From a phage: 64,000 nucleotides of DNA. Below the pieces are notes generated by a model. It was not told the DNA's origin. It worked only from the letters and a program-made list of their open reading frames with translations, and searched no databases. How positions within the stretch are numbered: position 1 is the first letter of the stretch; each line of letters opens with the position of its first letter. The DNA lies in NCBI GenBank assembly GCA_024613925.1, contig GCA_024613925.1_4713.1. One strand, 5' to 3'. Below are positions 29,059 through 38,329 of the stretch, piece after piece. The position numbers were made by a program, and so were the translations under genes.

Positions 29059-30165
29059 TTAAAAGTAATATTTCAGCGCCTCGCGAGAGACATCAAGCAT
29101 AGCCGCTGTTGAATTCGTAAAGAACTCGGCATAGCCCACAAGCGGCACCTTGATCCACGCGGTATACGCTGTAAGGTATCGAGAAAGGGCTACCATAGCA
29201 TCATCAGAAGCAGTAGTAACTGACAACTGACCTTGTTGACGATAAACGTCGTTAAGTTTTGCTTGTAGATTCCCCGCAATTTCGAGTAACTCGTTGGCGT
29301 ACTTTTTACGATGGTAACTAACCAGTAAATCAACACCCTTATTCACAGACTCGAGCAGAATACCAACTTGTTCTAATGTTGGCATTGTAACCACCATATC
29401 CCGTTCAACGGACGGTACATCCTGGACTTCAAACCGTGCGGATTGAATAGCAAGGGACTGTTGAATTGAACCAGAACCTGATGTGGTAACCTGATCGAGT
29501 CGCAGCATACGGTTGCCCAGTAACGTTACGTTGACGAGTCTCGATTCGTTCAGCGTACTGTAGACTTTATGCAATAACGTGTACGCATCACGGTTAATCA
29601 CATCGATTAATGCGGTATCCGTCTGTTTTAAGATAATGTCGAGCGCTCGATCTAACGTATTAGCGAACTGCTTGAAATCATTACGGAACGACGAAGACAA
29701 GAGATATTCAGCGATCGCTAAATTCTGCTTGTATAACGTATTCCCGGTTGTGAAATCGAACCCAAAACTGTTTCCATACCGTAGGTGCGGAGCCAGCGTT
29801 GACGAAGCTTCGAAGCTTTGCGCGATGGGTTTACGACCAACGGCTTTTGTGTAATGACGACGGATGTTACTGAGTTCGAGTTGTAGTGCGCGACTACGAT
29901 CGATAAACCGTGCGATAAACGCGGTAATGTTCCGCAACGTTGTCCAGATTGCATCGATGATAGCTTTGATGATTTTCATCGCAAGCTGATCGTACGATTC
30001 CATTGTGAGGAGATCAGCACTTTCTGTGGTATAACTGGTTGCTGGAATACCGCCTGCTTGCTGATAAATAAGCTGGTGAATTTGTCGTTGCGTTGCTGTC
30101 TCTGGCACAGGTAATGTTTTTAACAAGCTTAACGCTTGAATCTGTCCATCATAGGTCTGCAGCAT
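29059..30165 (-). CDS. head/inner-body-like paralog 1 of 5 (hypothetical)
   Basis: Internal ATG 30165 with GAGGA RBS (ORF-track start overlaps upstream gene). Shares with the next four genes a block of E-[S/G]-[F/Y]-[D/K/G] followed 15-20 aa later by a Trp-containing helix (TMESYDQ...IWTTL). Confidence 0.55.
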   Translation of the reverse strand: MLQTYDGQIQALSLLKTLPVPETATQRQIHQLIYQQAGGIPATSYTTESADLLTMESYDQLAMKIIKAIIDAIWTTLRNITAFIARFIDRSRALQLELSNIRRHYTKAVGRKPIAQSFEASSTLAPHLRYGNSFGFDFTTGNTLYKQNLAIAEYLLSSSFRNDFKQFANTLDRALDIILKQTDTALIDVINRDAYTLLHKVYSTLNESRLVNVTLLGNRMLRLDQVTTSGSGSIQQSLAIQSARFEVQDVPSVERDMVVTMPTLEQVGILLESVNKGVDLLVSYHRKKYANELLEIAGNLQAKLNDVYRQQGQLSVTTASDDAMVALSRYLTAYTAWIKVPLVGYAEFFTNSTAAMLDVSREALKYYF

Positions 30166-31450
30166 TGCTGGTTTCCTCAAGTTCGAGATGCGCGTCAAGA
30201 TAATCATTAAGACCATCGATGACGTCGCAGACAGTTAACAGGAATCGGGCAAAAGCAACCGCCTGGAAGCCGACGACGTTACGCGCGATACCTACACGTT
30301 GAACGATAGCGGATGCTGCGGTATCGCTGTTATCCATCTGTTGTAGCAAACGCTCGTAAGGTTGAATCCATTCGTCCTGGTCGGCAAGGCTTGCTTCAAG
30401 ACAACGCTTAAATTCCAACTGTCGTAACGTCGACCATAACGTACTTAATGCGTTGATGATCGCGCTGGTTCCGTCGATAACATCGTTTAACGGCAAGAAA
30501 CGGAATCCGTCTTTTGCTGATTGGAAAGATACGGCTTCCCACACAACGCTGAATTGCGTTCCTGTTGCGTCTTCGATGTTGTGTAATTTAAGATAGGAAG
30601 CACCAACAGGTACGTCAACGACCAGATCGTCTGTTCCGGTAGGCGTTAACGGCTTCTCGCATAACGCATCGTTGATGACCTCGAGAATATTCTCCCAACA
30701 GGCTTCGTTTTCTGCAGCGATACCTTCTTTGTTATCCGCTGATGGTGCTTTTAGTAGCTGCATTAATAACGGATCAAGTTGACGATGCCATGCTGCGAGG
30801 ATTCCTGTGTTCGTTACGATGTTTTCTGCGGTTTGTCGTAGATCAGCAATACTGCTTACGGCACCGCCTTTCGGATGAAGATATCGCCAGTTGTAGGGAA
30901 AGTTCTCCCAGAATGCGTTATCTTCATTAACATCGTATTCGGAAATAGTTTTCAACGCAGCCGCTTTCTTTAATAACGGCTTCACCTGACGAACGAATCG
31001 ACGATGACAACGATTGCAGATATCGATCGCGTAGCGGTACAATTCGTTCATGTAAAGCCATAATGCTCGGGTTGCTTCTTTTGCGGTCTTGTCAAAACTT
31101 TCCATGTTCAAGCTCATCCCGCCGGAAGTTTCCTCTTCCAGACCCTCGATGATGTGGTTTGGATCCATTCCCATTCCGGCTGCTGCGGTCGATGCGATAT
31201 GTTTGATCGTGCTGATATCGCGTTCTTCAACTTCAGCCATGTTTGGGACAATATCCAGCCTGAGTTTATTTAATGTTTGAAGGTGTTGTTCACCTTCTTT
31301 CATCACCGTGTTTGTTTCGTCGATTGAGTGAAACTGGTTCTCAATATTACTGGCATCGAGAATGTTGCCAGCGATACCGAACGATTCTACAGGTTCATCA
31401 TCAATCCCTTGAAACAACGATGTCATGGGTTGTTGTAACACGTTTTCCAT
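30149..31450 (-). CDS. head/inner-body-like paralog 2 of 5 (hypothetical)
   Basis: AGGAG RBS; acidic N-terminal ~110 aa, then NMESFDKTAKEATRALWLYM block. Confidence 0.55.
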   Translation of the reverse strand: MENVLQQPMTSLFQGIDDEPVESFGIAGNILDASNIENQFHSIDETNTVMKEGEQHLQTLNKLRLDIVPNMAEVEERDISTIKHIASTAAAGMGMDPNHIIEGLEEETSGGMSLNMESFDKTAKEATRALWLYMNELYRYAIDICNRCHRRFVRQVKPLLKKAAALKTISEYDVNEDNAFWENFPYNWRYLHPKGGAVSSIADLRQTAENIVTNTGILAAWHRQLDPLLMQLLKAPSADNKEGIAAENEACWENILEVINDALCEKPLTPTGTDDLVVDVPVGASYLKLHNIEDATGTQFSVVWEAVSFQSAKDGFRFLPLNDVIDGTSAIINALSTLWSTLRQLEFKRCLEASLADQDEWIQPYERLLQQMDNSDTAASAIVQRVGIARNVVGFQAVAFARFLLTVCDVIDGLNDYLDAHLELEETSNAADL

Positions 31451-31557
31451 TTGGGACTCCTACGTAGGAAAATCTTGGCGGGTGATCATGTCCGCCATTT
31501 ACCTTCTGAACCGTTGATTCAGAAGTCAAAAGATAACCGGATACCAACGCCATAAAA

Positions 31558-31590
31558 CCTTCCTCCAACCCAACAGGGAAGGAGGAAGGG
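31558..31590. terminator. conserved-family stem-loop between tandem minus-strand genes
   Basis: CCTTCCTCC-AA-CCC-AACA-GGG-AA-GGAGGAAGG; on the minus strand it is followed by TTTTATGG. Confidence 0.5.
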
Positions 31591-31599
31591 ATATGATGA

Positions 31600-32889
31600 T
31601 TATGCTTTTTCGGTTACAGCATCGAAATATTTCGCTGCGGCAAATACAGCATCTGCATATTGACGGTTAGCAACACGGAGAATCTTAGCTGCTAATACCG
31701 CGCTCAATCGCGCCATTTCAGAAATGGCGCTTATATAAGGGCGAACGGTTTCACGATCTGCTTCCGGTAGATTGTCGAGCATACCGTCCCATTTAGTTTT
31801 AATTTTCATACCGTTTAGTTTAGCGGTACGTTCGACAGTACTCGTTAAACTTTCCGTCTGGTTAAAATACGCAGGGTCAACAATACGAAACGCGTTAAGA
31901 TACGAAGTCAGTGCAGCTTTCAATTCGTCGTCGTTATTGAAAATGTTCGCGTTTTCGATACTACCGGTCGCGGTTTCTTCAACTTCGATCTGAATATTCT
32001 TCACGAGCGCGCAGGCCTTAATGGTATCTTTCTCAGCCAAAAGAGCGTCAAGACCTTTAACAACATATCGTTTCCCACCGCTTTCTGGTATTTTGAGTCC
32101 TTTTAACGCAGGCTTGATAGCGTAAATATAATCGTCCAGAATATCGGCAAGTGTCGTCAAATCAGTTAGTTTATTAACTTTCTTGTTAATGTCGTCAGTT
32201 TGGAGTAGTAAAAAAGCGGATGCTTGTGTGGATGCCGCTAACTGCTCGATATGTTTACGAACCTCCAACGCGTTAACCATTTTTGCGTTAGGGAACATGC
32301 TAATCATATTCCCGGTCGGTTTATTTAGTTGTTTGATGTGACGCTCGCCTTTATTTACAGCGGTTGCAACATCGGTAATTTTTTTATACGCTACCGCAAG
32401 GTTTTTGAAAAGCAGCTGAATCAGTTTACATAACTGTTCAGCCATGTTCGCAATGATTACCCAAACTGCGTATAACGCTTGTGCTGCGCGTTCTTTAAAG
32501 CCTTCCAGTACAATAGCCTGTCCTTCCACCAAACGATCGTCAGCTTGGAACATGTCTTCATCGGACATCCCCAGGTTTGCTGCTGACGTCGAAGCAATCT
32601 GACGGATAAGGGCGATGTCGCTCGCACGTGCTTCCGGGATCGTAGGCGCGATCATGTACGCGGTATCTTCCAGCGTTGCTGAGGTACGCACTGCAATTTC
32701 AGCCAGTTCGCTGGATTCATCGATCGTCTCGTCGGTGCGTCGAATCACCAACTCAACTTCGTCCTCTTCGATTTCTGCGTTGGGATCATTTTGCTCCGCT
32801 GGAATTGTCGCAAGAAGATCTTCGGCGCTCAGCAAAGCGAGTTCGAATGCGTTTTTATTGACGTTATCAAAAAGAGAGATGCGGGCCAT
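31600..32889 (-). CDS. head/inner-body-like paralog 3 of 5 (hypothetical)
   Basis: AAGGA RBS; acidic N-terminal region, then VLEGFKERAAQALYAVWVII block. Confidence 0.55.
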   Translation of the reverse strand: MARISLFDNVNKNAFELALLSAEDLLATIPAEQNDPNAEIEEDEVELVIRRTDETIDESSELAEIAVRTSATLEDTAYMIAPTIPEARASDIALIRQIASTSAANLGMSDEDMFQADDRLVEGQAIVLEGFKERAAQALYAVWVIIANMAEQLCKLIQLLFKNLAVAYKKITDVATAVNKGERHIKQLNKPTGNMISMFPNAKMVNALEVRKHIEQLAASTQASAFLLLQTDDINKKVNKLTDLTTLADILDDYIYAIKPALKGLKIPESGGKRYVVKGLDALLAEKDTIKACALVKNIQIEVEETATGSIENANIFNNDDELKAALTSYLNAFRIVDPAYFNQTESLTSTVERTAKLNGMKIKTKWDGMLDNLPEADRETVRPYISAISEMARLSAVLAAKILRVANRQYADAVFAAAKYFDAVTEKA

Positions 32890-32898
32890 GTTAGTTCC

Positions 32899-34215
32899 TT
32901 AACCTTTGGTATAAGCTTTAACGAGAGTGTTGATAAATGAGGTCAATGCACGAAGATACTGGTAAGCGAACTGGTTTTGAATACGGTTCTCTTTACCGCA
33001 AAGCAGAATCGCGCGCTTAACGAGTTTAGGATAGATCTCGACGTATGGCTGGTAGCTTGCATCAAAATTCTGCTCGTTGAAGCGTTTCATGGTGATTTCC
33101 TGGATGCGCTCCATGGTGCGAATTTTATTGCGAGAGAACATCTCAGAGAAAGCACGTCCGCGTTTTGTTACCATCAACAGATCTTTCGCGAACGTCAGTT
33201 GTCGAACGCTACGCAAATCGTCAGGTGTCGGTAGGACGTACGTTTCCGGATCGCTATCCCATTCAACATCTTCAACGACAATATCCAAGTCGAGGTAACG
33301 TTTAACCGCATCGATGATATTGTCTTTTGACGCATCGAATTCTTTCAAGAAGACTGCACCGTTGATGTAACGGATACGTTTCCCGGAAACCGTTGGAGTG
33401 ATAACGTCAGTACCTTCCACGGAACCGCGATTTTCCAGTGTCGATTTGACAGCGTGCAAGAAAGACAGATAATCAACGGGAAGTTTTTCGACCTTATCTA
33501 AATGGAAGTCGATGATGTTTAATCCTAACCCATCAATAACCGAATAACCATCCGATTTAAGGAACATCTGATTGAAGGTATCGATGTTGCTTTTCAGCGT
33601 GTCTACACCACCAACGCTGTTACGGTTAGGGAAAAGCGTCCGCCACTCCGCTTTAAACGCAACTTCTTTATTTTCCTCGTATTTGCCTTTAGGCATTTGT
33701 TCGAGGGCTGCAACGGCTTTTTGAAAATTGCGCGTCTCGTCGTAAACAAGACGGGTAAGCTTCTCGAAGGCTGCTGCCAAGGTCAGGGCAATATCAACAA
33801 TGATATCCCAGATCTTTTTCATGGCTTTTACAACGGTGTCCTTAAACCCTTCAACAACCAAAGCTTCTCCAACCTCAACACGATCGGTTGGCGTCAGCAA
33901 TGCTTCGGAGGGTAGACCCAGAGCAATCGATGCGGATTCTTGCACGTTACGAACTAATGCAACGTCACTGTAGTTAGCCGATTCGATAGTCGGAGCAACA
34001 TCAAAACTGATTTCCCGTAATGCGGCAACAGCAGGGAAAGCACGATCAAGTGCATCTTCATGTTCGTCGATTGTCGCTAAACGTAATTCAACGCCATCGG
34101 CATCGATAACTTCAGCGGTAGGCTCCACAGCAAGCGCCTCAGCAACAATAGGATCTTTTTCAAACGCCTCAAGGCTAATATCGCCTTGGGTCGCAAATAA
34201 CGGTATGTGTACCAT
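32899..34215 (-). CDS. head/inner-body-like paralog 4 of 5 (hypothetical)
   Basis: ORF-track start is TTG 34239; ATG 34215 has GGAGA RBS. Acidic N-terminal region, then VVEGFKDTVVKAMKKIWDII block. Confidence 0.55.
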   Translation of the reverse strand: MVHIPLFATQGDISLEAFEKDPIVAEALAVEPTAEVIDADGVELRLATIDEHEDALDRAFPAVAALREISFDVAPTIESANYSDVALVRNVQESASIALGLPSEALLTPTDRVEVGEALVVEGFKDTVVKAMKKIWDIIVDIALTLAAAFEKLTRLVYDETRNFQKAVAALEQMPKGKYEENKEVAFKAEWRTLFPNRNSVGGVDTLKSNIDTFNQMFLKSDGYSVIDGLGLNIIDFHLDKVEKLPVDYLSFLHAVKSTLENRGSVEGTDVITPTVSGKRIRYINGAVFLKEFDASKDNIIDAVKRYLDLDIVVEDVEWDSDPETYVLPTPDDLRSVRQLTFAKDLLMVTKRGRAFSEMFSRNKIRTMERIQEITMKRFNEQNFDASYQPYVEIYPKLVKRAILLCGKENRIQNQFAYQYLRALTSFINTLVKAYTKG

Positions 34216-34263
34216 GTGTTGTCTCCAGTAATGATTCAAAAGATAAACCTGAGCGGCATAGAA

Positions 34264-34295
34264 CCCTCTCCCTTCCCTTACGGGTTGGGAGAGGG
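34264..34295. terminator. conserved-family stem-loop with the 14-nt core in the inverted orientation
   Basis: CCCTCTCCC-TT-CCC-TTAC-GGG-TT-GGGAGAGGG; flanks (GCATAGAAC ... GATATATC) match copy 19665-19696, whose core is the reverse complement. Confidence 0.55.
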
Positions 34296-34317
34296 GATAT
34301 ATCAGTTTATTAACTGA

Positions 34318-35655
34318 TTACTGCTGTGCTTTCTTTGCTTCCAGAGCTTCCTTTTTCGCGTAGTATTTCGACTGGATGTGCCCTTTCAGCATTTTAGCAA
34401 CGCCGTCCAGAACAGCGTTACCTGCCTGAACACCGTATTTCATCAGACCGACCTGCGGGTTCACGTAGCAGGAACGTGCGTCTTTCAGTGCAGACAGTAC
34501 AGCTTGAACACGCTGTTTTTCCTGAGCGGAAACATCGCCTTTCTTAGACAGATCGGCTTCCATATCGTCACCGAATTTAACAGCGTCTTTGAAGCCCTGG
34601 GATTTCTTACCGATGGTGCCTTTCAGTGCAATCAGTTTATCAGCCAGTACATCAACGCTGTGAACCGCAGCAGTCAGTTGATTCTGAGACAGAACAGGCG
34701 CTTCAACTTCTTTCGCTTCGCCGGAACGTTCCCAGGTTACTTTACCGTCGTTGGTTTTGAAACCCCAACCAGCCGGGCCAGTAACATCTGCGATCGCCGG
34801 TGCGTTCAGTTTATCAGTGTATTCGGTGTGGGACTTAGATTTGACTAACCCAACGAATTTATCAGCACGATCGTCAGCAGCCTTCATTGCTTTCTCGAAG
34901 GTGTCAGCGATTTTAGTCGCTGCGGTAACCAGATCGTCACCACCGATATAGCCAGAAACGCCGCTACCCAGAGTAACTTTGGCATTTTCAGCAACGCCAA
35001 TACTCTTGCCGATCATTTCTTTCAGTTTAGCAGCACGTGCTTTCAGTTTGGTCGCGCCGTCGAAGATGCGATCCATGAACTTCACGAAGGTTTCCCAGGA
35101 AGTTTTCAGGAAGTTCTTGATGGTTGCCCACAGTTTCTGCCACCATTTTTGTTCTTCCAGGAAGATCATGTTGGTCGCATCGTAACGGGAAGCGGAACCA
35201 CCGAAGCTTTCGAAGGACGGCATGGTTTCCGGCATTTTGAAACCGATAGTACCACACAAACGTTTCAGATTACGCATGTGTTCCTGAGCGGTTTGTGCAG
35301 ACATACCGCCGTCTTTCAGGTAGCTTTCGGTTGCAACAACGGTTTCCGTCAGTTCATCCATGGCTTCATCCATGGCTTCTGCGGTTTCGTCGTCTTTTGC
35401 AATTTCGATAACAACAGCATCAACCTGCTCGATATCACCACGAACTTCGATAGCCAGTTCGGTTTCAGCTGCGGTATCTTCAGCGATTTCAGCACGTTCG
35501 GTCAGTTCAGCCACAACGTTTTCATCCGCTGCTGCAGCATCAGCTGCCGGTTCTGCTTCAACGGTTGCCGCTGCATCCGGATCGATCTCAGCAGCCAGTT
35601 GAACCAGCTGTGCGTTAGATGGATTTGCGACAAGACGATCAAAAATAGAAGGCAT
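34318..35655 (-). CDS. head/inner-body-like paralog 5 of 5; abundant head protein candidate (445 aa)
   Basis: Strong codon bias (long antisense shadow ORFs), TGTAAAGGA RBS region like the capsid-like gene, A/E/D-rich N-terminal ~100 aa, then SFESFGG...WWQKLW block. Confidence 0.55.
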   Translation of the reverse strand: MPSIFDRLVANPSNAQLVQLAAEIDPDAAATVEAEPAADAAAADENVVAELTERAEIAEDTAAETELAIEVRGDIEQVDAVVIEIAKDDETAEAMDEAMDELTETVVATESYLKDGGMSAQTAQEHMRNLKRLCGTIGFKMPETMPSFESFGGSASRYDATNMIFLEEQKWWQKLWATIKNFLKTSWETFVKFMDRIFDGATKLKARAAKLKEMIGKSIGVAENAKVTLGSGVSGYIGGDDLVTAATKIADTFEKAMKAADDRADKFVGLVKSKSHTEYTDKLNAPAIADVTGPAGWGFKTNDGKVTWERSGEAKEVEAPVLSQNQLTAAVHSVDVLADKLIALKGTIGKKSQGFKDAVKFGDDMEADLSKKGDVSAQEKQRVQAVLSALKDARSCYVNPQVGLMKYGVQAGNAVLDGVAKMLKGHIQSKYYAKKEALEAKKAQQ

Positions 35656-35719
35656 AATTTGTTTCCTTTACAATAAATTACACATTAGCTAATGCGGCTT
35701 AAGTGAACCGTCAGCTCAC

Positions 35720-36250
35720 TTAAAAGCCCTTAAAACCCGGTGCCATAGGTTGCCCAAACACCGCATTCAAAGTACATATGATGTCCTGGATGCCATTGTC
35801 CCAATGGAGCCAAGTACGCACCATCTCTTCGTCTGACAACGTGATATAACTCATAAGTTTACCGCTGCTTTCCAGACGTTGGTGCGAACTTAACGACTGA
35901 CGATCCGACCAGTTATCAATCAATTGACCCGCAATCTGAACGTTCGTGTCTCGTCTACCCGTGTGAATGAACCGTAGTGTATCACGGATAAACTCCAGAC
36001 TGGTGAAGTTCAGATTTGGGTTATGGCTGTTCATTTCCACCCAATCGGTGATAGGGTACATCAAACGATAAAGGGTAGAAAGAACCTGACGTTCATATTT
36101 CCAGTCATCGAGAGGAGTACCGTCGACCAGACGCTGATACAAACTAACAACGTCGCGATCGTAGTTCTCCTGGCGTTTTACACCGTTAACCGGAAATCCA
36201 AAGAACCCGGTACCGTATAACGTTAAAGGGACGTCACGAAGTGCATTCAT
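35720..36250 (-). CDS. hypothetical protein (176 aa)
   Basis: ORF; ATGA start/stop overlap with the upstream gene. Confidence 0.55.
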   Translation of the reverse strand: MNALRDVPLTLYGTGFFGFPVNGVKRQENYDRDVVSLYQRLVDGTPLDDWKYERQVLSTLYRLMYPITDWVEMNSHNPNLNFTSLEFIRDTLRFIHTGRRDTNVQIAGQLIDNWSDRQSLSSHQRLESSGKLMSYITLSDEEMVRTWLHWDNGIQDIICTLNAVFGQPMAPGFKGF

Positions 36251-37149
36251 ACAGCTGCCTCTTCTTTTCGTTTAATATCATAACGAAGTTTCTTCAGTCG
36301 CTCTTCGTGATATTCGATCTGCTGCTGGATTTTTGGATCGTTGCCTGCATTCTGTTGCTTTTGCTTCAGTGACAAAATCCAATACTCCAACGCTTGGGCT
36401 TCTTCTTTGGCTGCTTGTAACGACGCTTCTTCACGTTCGCTGCGCCAGATGCGATAACGGTAAATAAGCGTGTTGGTCATTTGAGTGTCGGACCATGAAC
36501 CCATACGCATCGGGTCAGTATTACCTGCGTTGTACAATCCATTACCAACACCGTCTTCATCAGAAACCACAACATCCGGGATTTTATCCAACCCAGCAAG
36601 GATCTGTTGTTTCTGTCCACACAGCACCTCGGTGGCGATGGCGAAACCGTACATGTTGGCGGTCAGGTAAGCAATCTCGTTTTTGGTGAAGAACTCACCA
36701 AGTGCTTTATCACCACCTGGCATGCTTTCGCAGATGACCGTCGCACGAAGCAGCGTACGAGCGTAGCTAACGTAGAAGCCCAGGGACTCAACAAGACGTA
36801 CCAGAGCGGCTTCTTTGAAACTTAGGCCGTCAGCAGCAACATCGATTTCCAGGTTTTTGTTAACACGTTTAACAATTTCTGGAATCAGGTCAACAGCATT
36901 ACGTAGCGCTAAGTGAACGTTTTCTACCCAGCTTCCAGAGCGAACGCGGGTTAAACGCTGGTGAAGATCCTTATCGGCAAGTTTCCATAAGGCGCTTTCA
37001 CCCTTTTGGAGAAGCGAAGCGGATGTCTCGTAGTAAGGAATCGCGGTGTTGTTGATTTCGTCACGGATTGATTCAAGTGCGTCAGCAACACCGGTGCGTT
37101 TAAAAAGCGGCTTCAAACCGCGAATGAATTCTTTAAAATCGATTGCCAT
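36247..37149 (-). CDS. hypothetical protein (300 aa)
   Basis: ORF with AGGTG RBS. Confidence 0.55.
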   Translation of the reverse strand: MAIDFKEFIRGLKPLFKRTGVADALESIRDEINNTAIPYYETSASLLQKGESALWKLADKDLHQRLTRVRSGSWVENVHLALRNAVDLIPEIVKRVNKNLEIDVAADGLSFKEAALVRLVESLGFYVSYARTLLRATVICESMPGGDKALGEFFTKNEIAYLTANMYGFAIATEVLCGQKQQILAGLDKIPDVVVSDEDGVGNGLYNAGNTDPMRMGSWSDTQMTNTLIYRYRIWRSEREEASLQAAKEEAQALEYWILSLKQKQQNAGNDPKIQQQIEYHEERLKKLRYDIKRKEEAAV

Positions 37150-37188
37150 GAGTGAGCACCTATGCTATTTCGAAACAGGTTGCGTGTA

Positions 37189-38295
37189 TTAACGAATCTG
37201 TGGGACGTTTCCGGTACGGAGCGCCTGGAGGATCGTCAGAAGATCGGAACCCGAGGTTGACGAACTGTTGGATTTTTCCAGTTGCTTGAAGCTTACGGTG
37301 GTCCCTTGATCCAAGCTGTGGAAATAGAAGGTCACCATCTCTTCAGCTTCGTCGATGATGATCAACTGCATTGCGAGGGCTTCAGCCATGACTTTCTGAC
37401 GTGTGGTATAGTCAGATAAACGACGTCCGATCTTACGCTCGATGGCTTCCTGGTTAGCCTTAGAGATGATATAGGTGGAGGCGATGGCTCCAGAAGAAGG
37501 GATCTTTGTGCTCGCTGCAGCTTTTGCGGCATTGATGCGCGCAGCATTAACAGCCTTACGGATACCCTCTTTATCCATGCGTGAGATTCGTTTGTGTTCA
37601 CGAACCAGATCGCTAAGCAGGATCATATCGCTCCAGAAAGACAGCTCACCGGCCATCATGCGATGCCAACGTGCTCGCCAGGTGTTCTGTGGACCGCCGA
37701 TCGCTAAAATCGACGCAAGCACTTCCGCTGGTGAACTTGCGATACGCATGCTGATATTCAGCGGCATTTTCATCGTTGCCTGACCATCGGTCAGCGTCAC
37801 GGTTAAGAACTTCCCGGTGACCGCATTCGCATCTTTGTTCAGCAATTCGATCGCCGCGTCGCTGGCTCCAACATCGAGGCTATTTTTTTGTTTCCCCTGC
37901 AGGTTGAATCCTTTGCCGTCAAGGAAAACAAGGCTTTTGCTATCCGCACTTTCCAGCGCTAATTTAATAGCCTTATCCGTCAGGTTAGCGTTACGGTTTG
38001 GATTCACGCGACCCAGCGTTTTATCGACACTGATATTACCCACCTGCATGATGGTGTTCAACGCCAGTAAATAGAACCCGGTATACATGTTTTCAGCGGT
38101 GCGCATGCAGTTGCCTAACGCATTGCGTGCGTCGCTATAATACAACTCACGTTCAAAGATCAGCGGTGCGATAACGCGTGAAGGTTGTGAGAGTTCAACC
38201 AGCGAACCTGGCTGGATAAGTTTATTAACTTCGTAGACTTTAGCGATACCGGACGCAACAACGTTAACAGCGTCGGCAATTTCTGATGCTACCAT
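37189..38295 (-). CDS. hypothetical protein (368 aa), likely abundant structural
   Basis: ATG with TGTAAATAAGGA RBS region; divergent from 38330-39535 across only about 35 bp. Confidence 0.55.
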   Translation of the reverse strand: MVASEIADAVNVVASGIAKVYEVNKLIQPGSLVELSQPSRVIAPLIFERELYYSDARNALGNCMRTAENMYTGFYLLALNTIMQVGNISVDKTLGRVNPNRNANLTDKAIKLALESADSKSLVFLDGKGFNLQGKQKNSLDVGASDAAIELLNKDANAVTGKFLTVTLTDGQATMKMPLNISMRIASSPAEVLASILAIGGPQNTWRARWHRMMAGELSFWSDMILLSDLVREHKRISRMDKEGIRKAVNAARINAAKAAASTKIPSSGAIASTYIISKANQEAIERKIGRRLSDYTTRQKVMAEALAMQLIIIDEAEEMVTFYFHSLDQGTTVSFKQLEKSNSSSTSGSDLLTILQALRTGNVPQIR

Positions 38296-38329
38296 ATTGA
38301 AATCCTTATTTACAAATAAAGGAAAGAAA

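Noticed and set aside
29059-35655. S/A/G-x-E tripeptides as proof of prohead-protease processing
   Set aside because: Tripeptides this short occur by chance several times per protein; kept only as a weak supporting observation.
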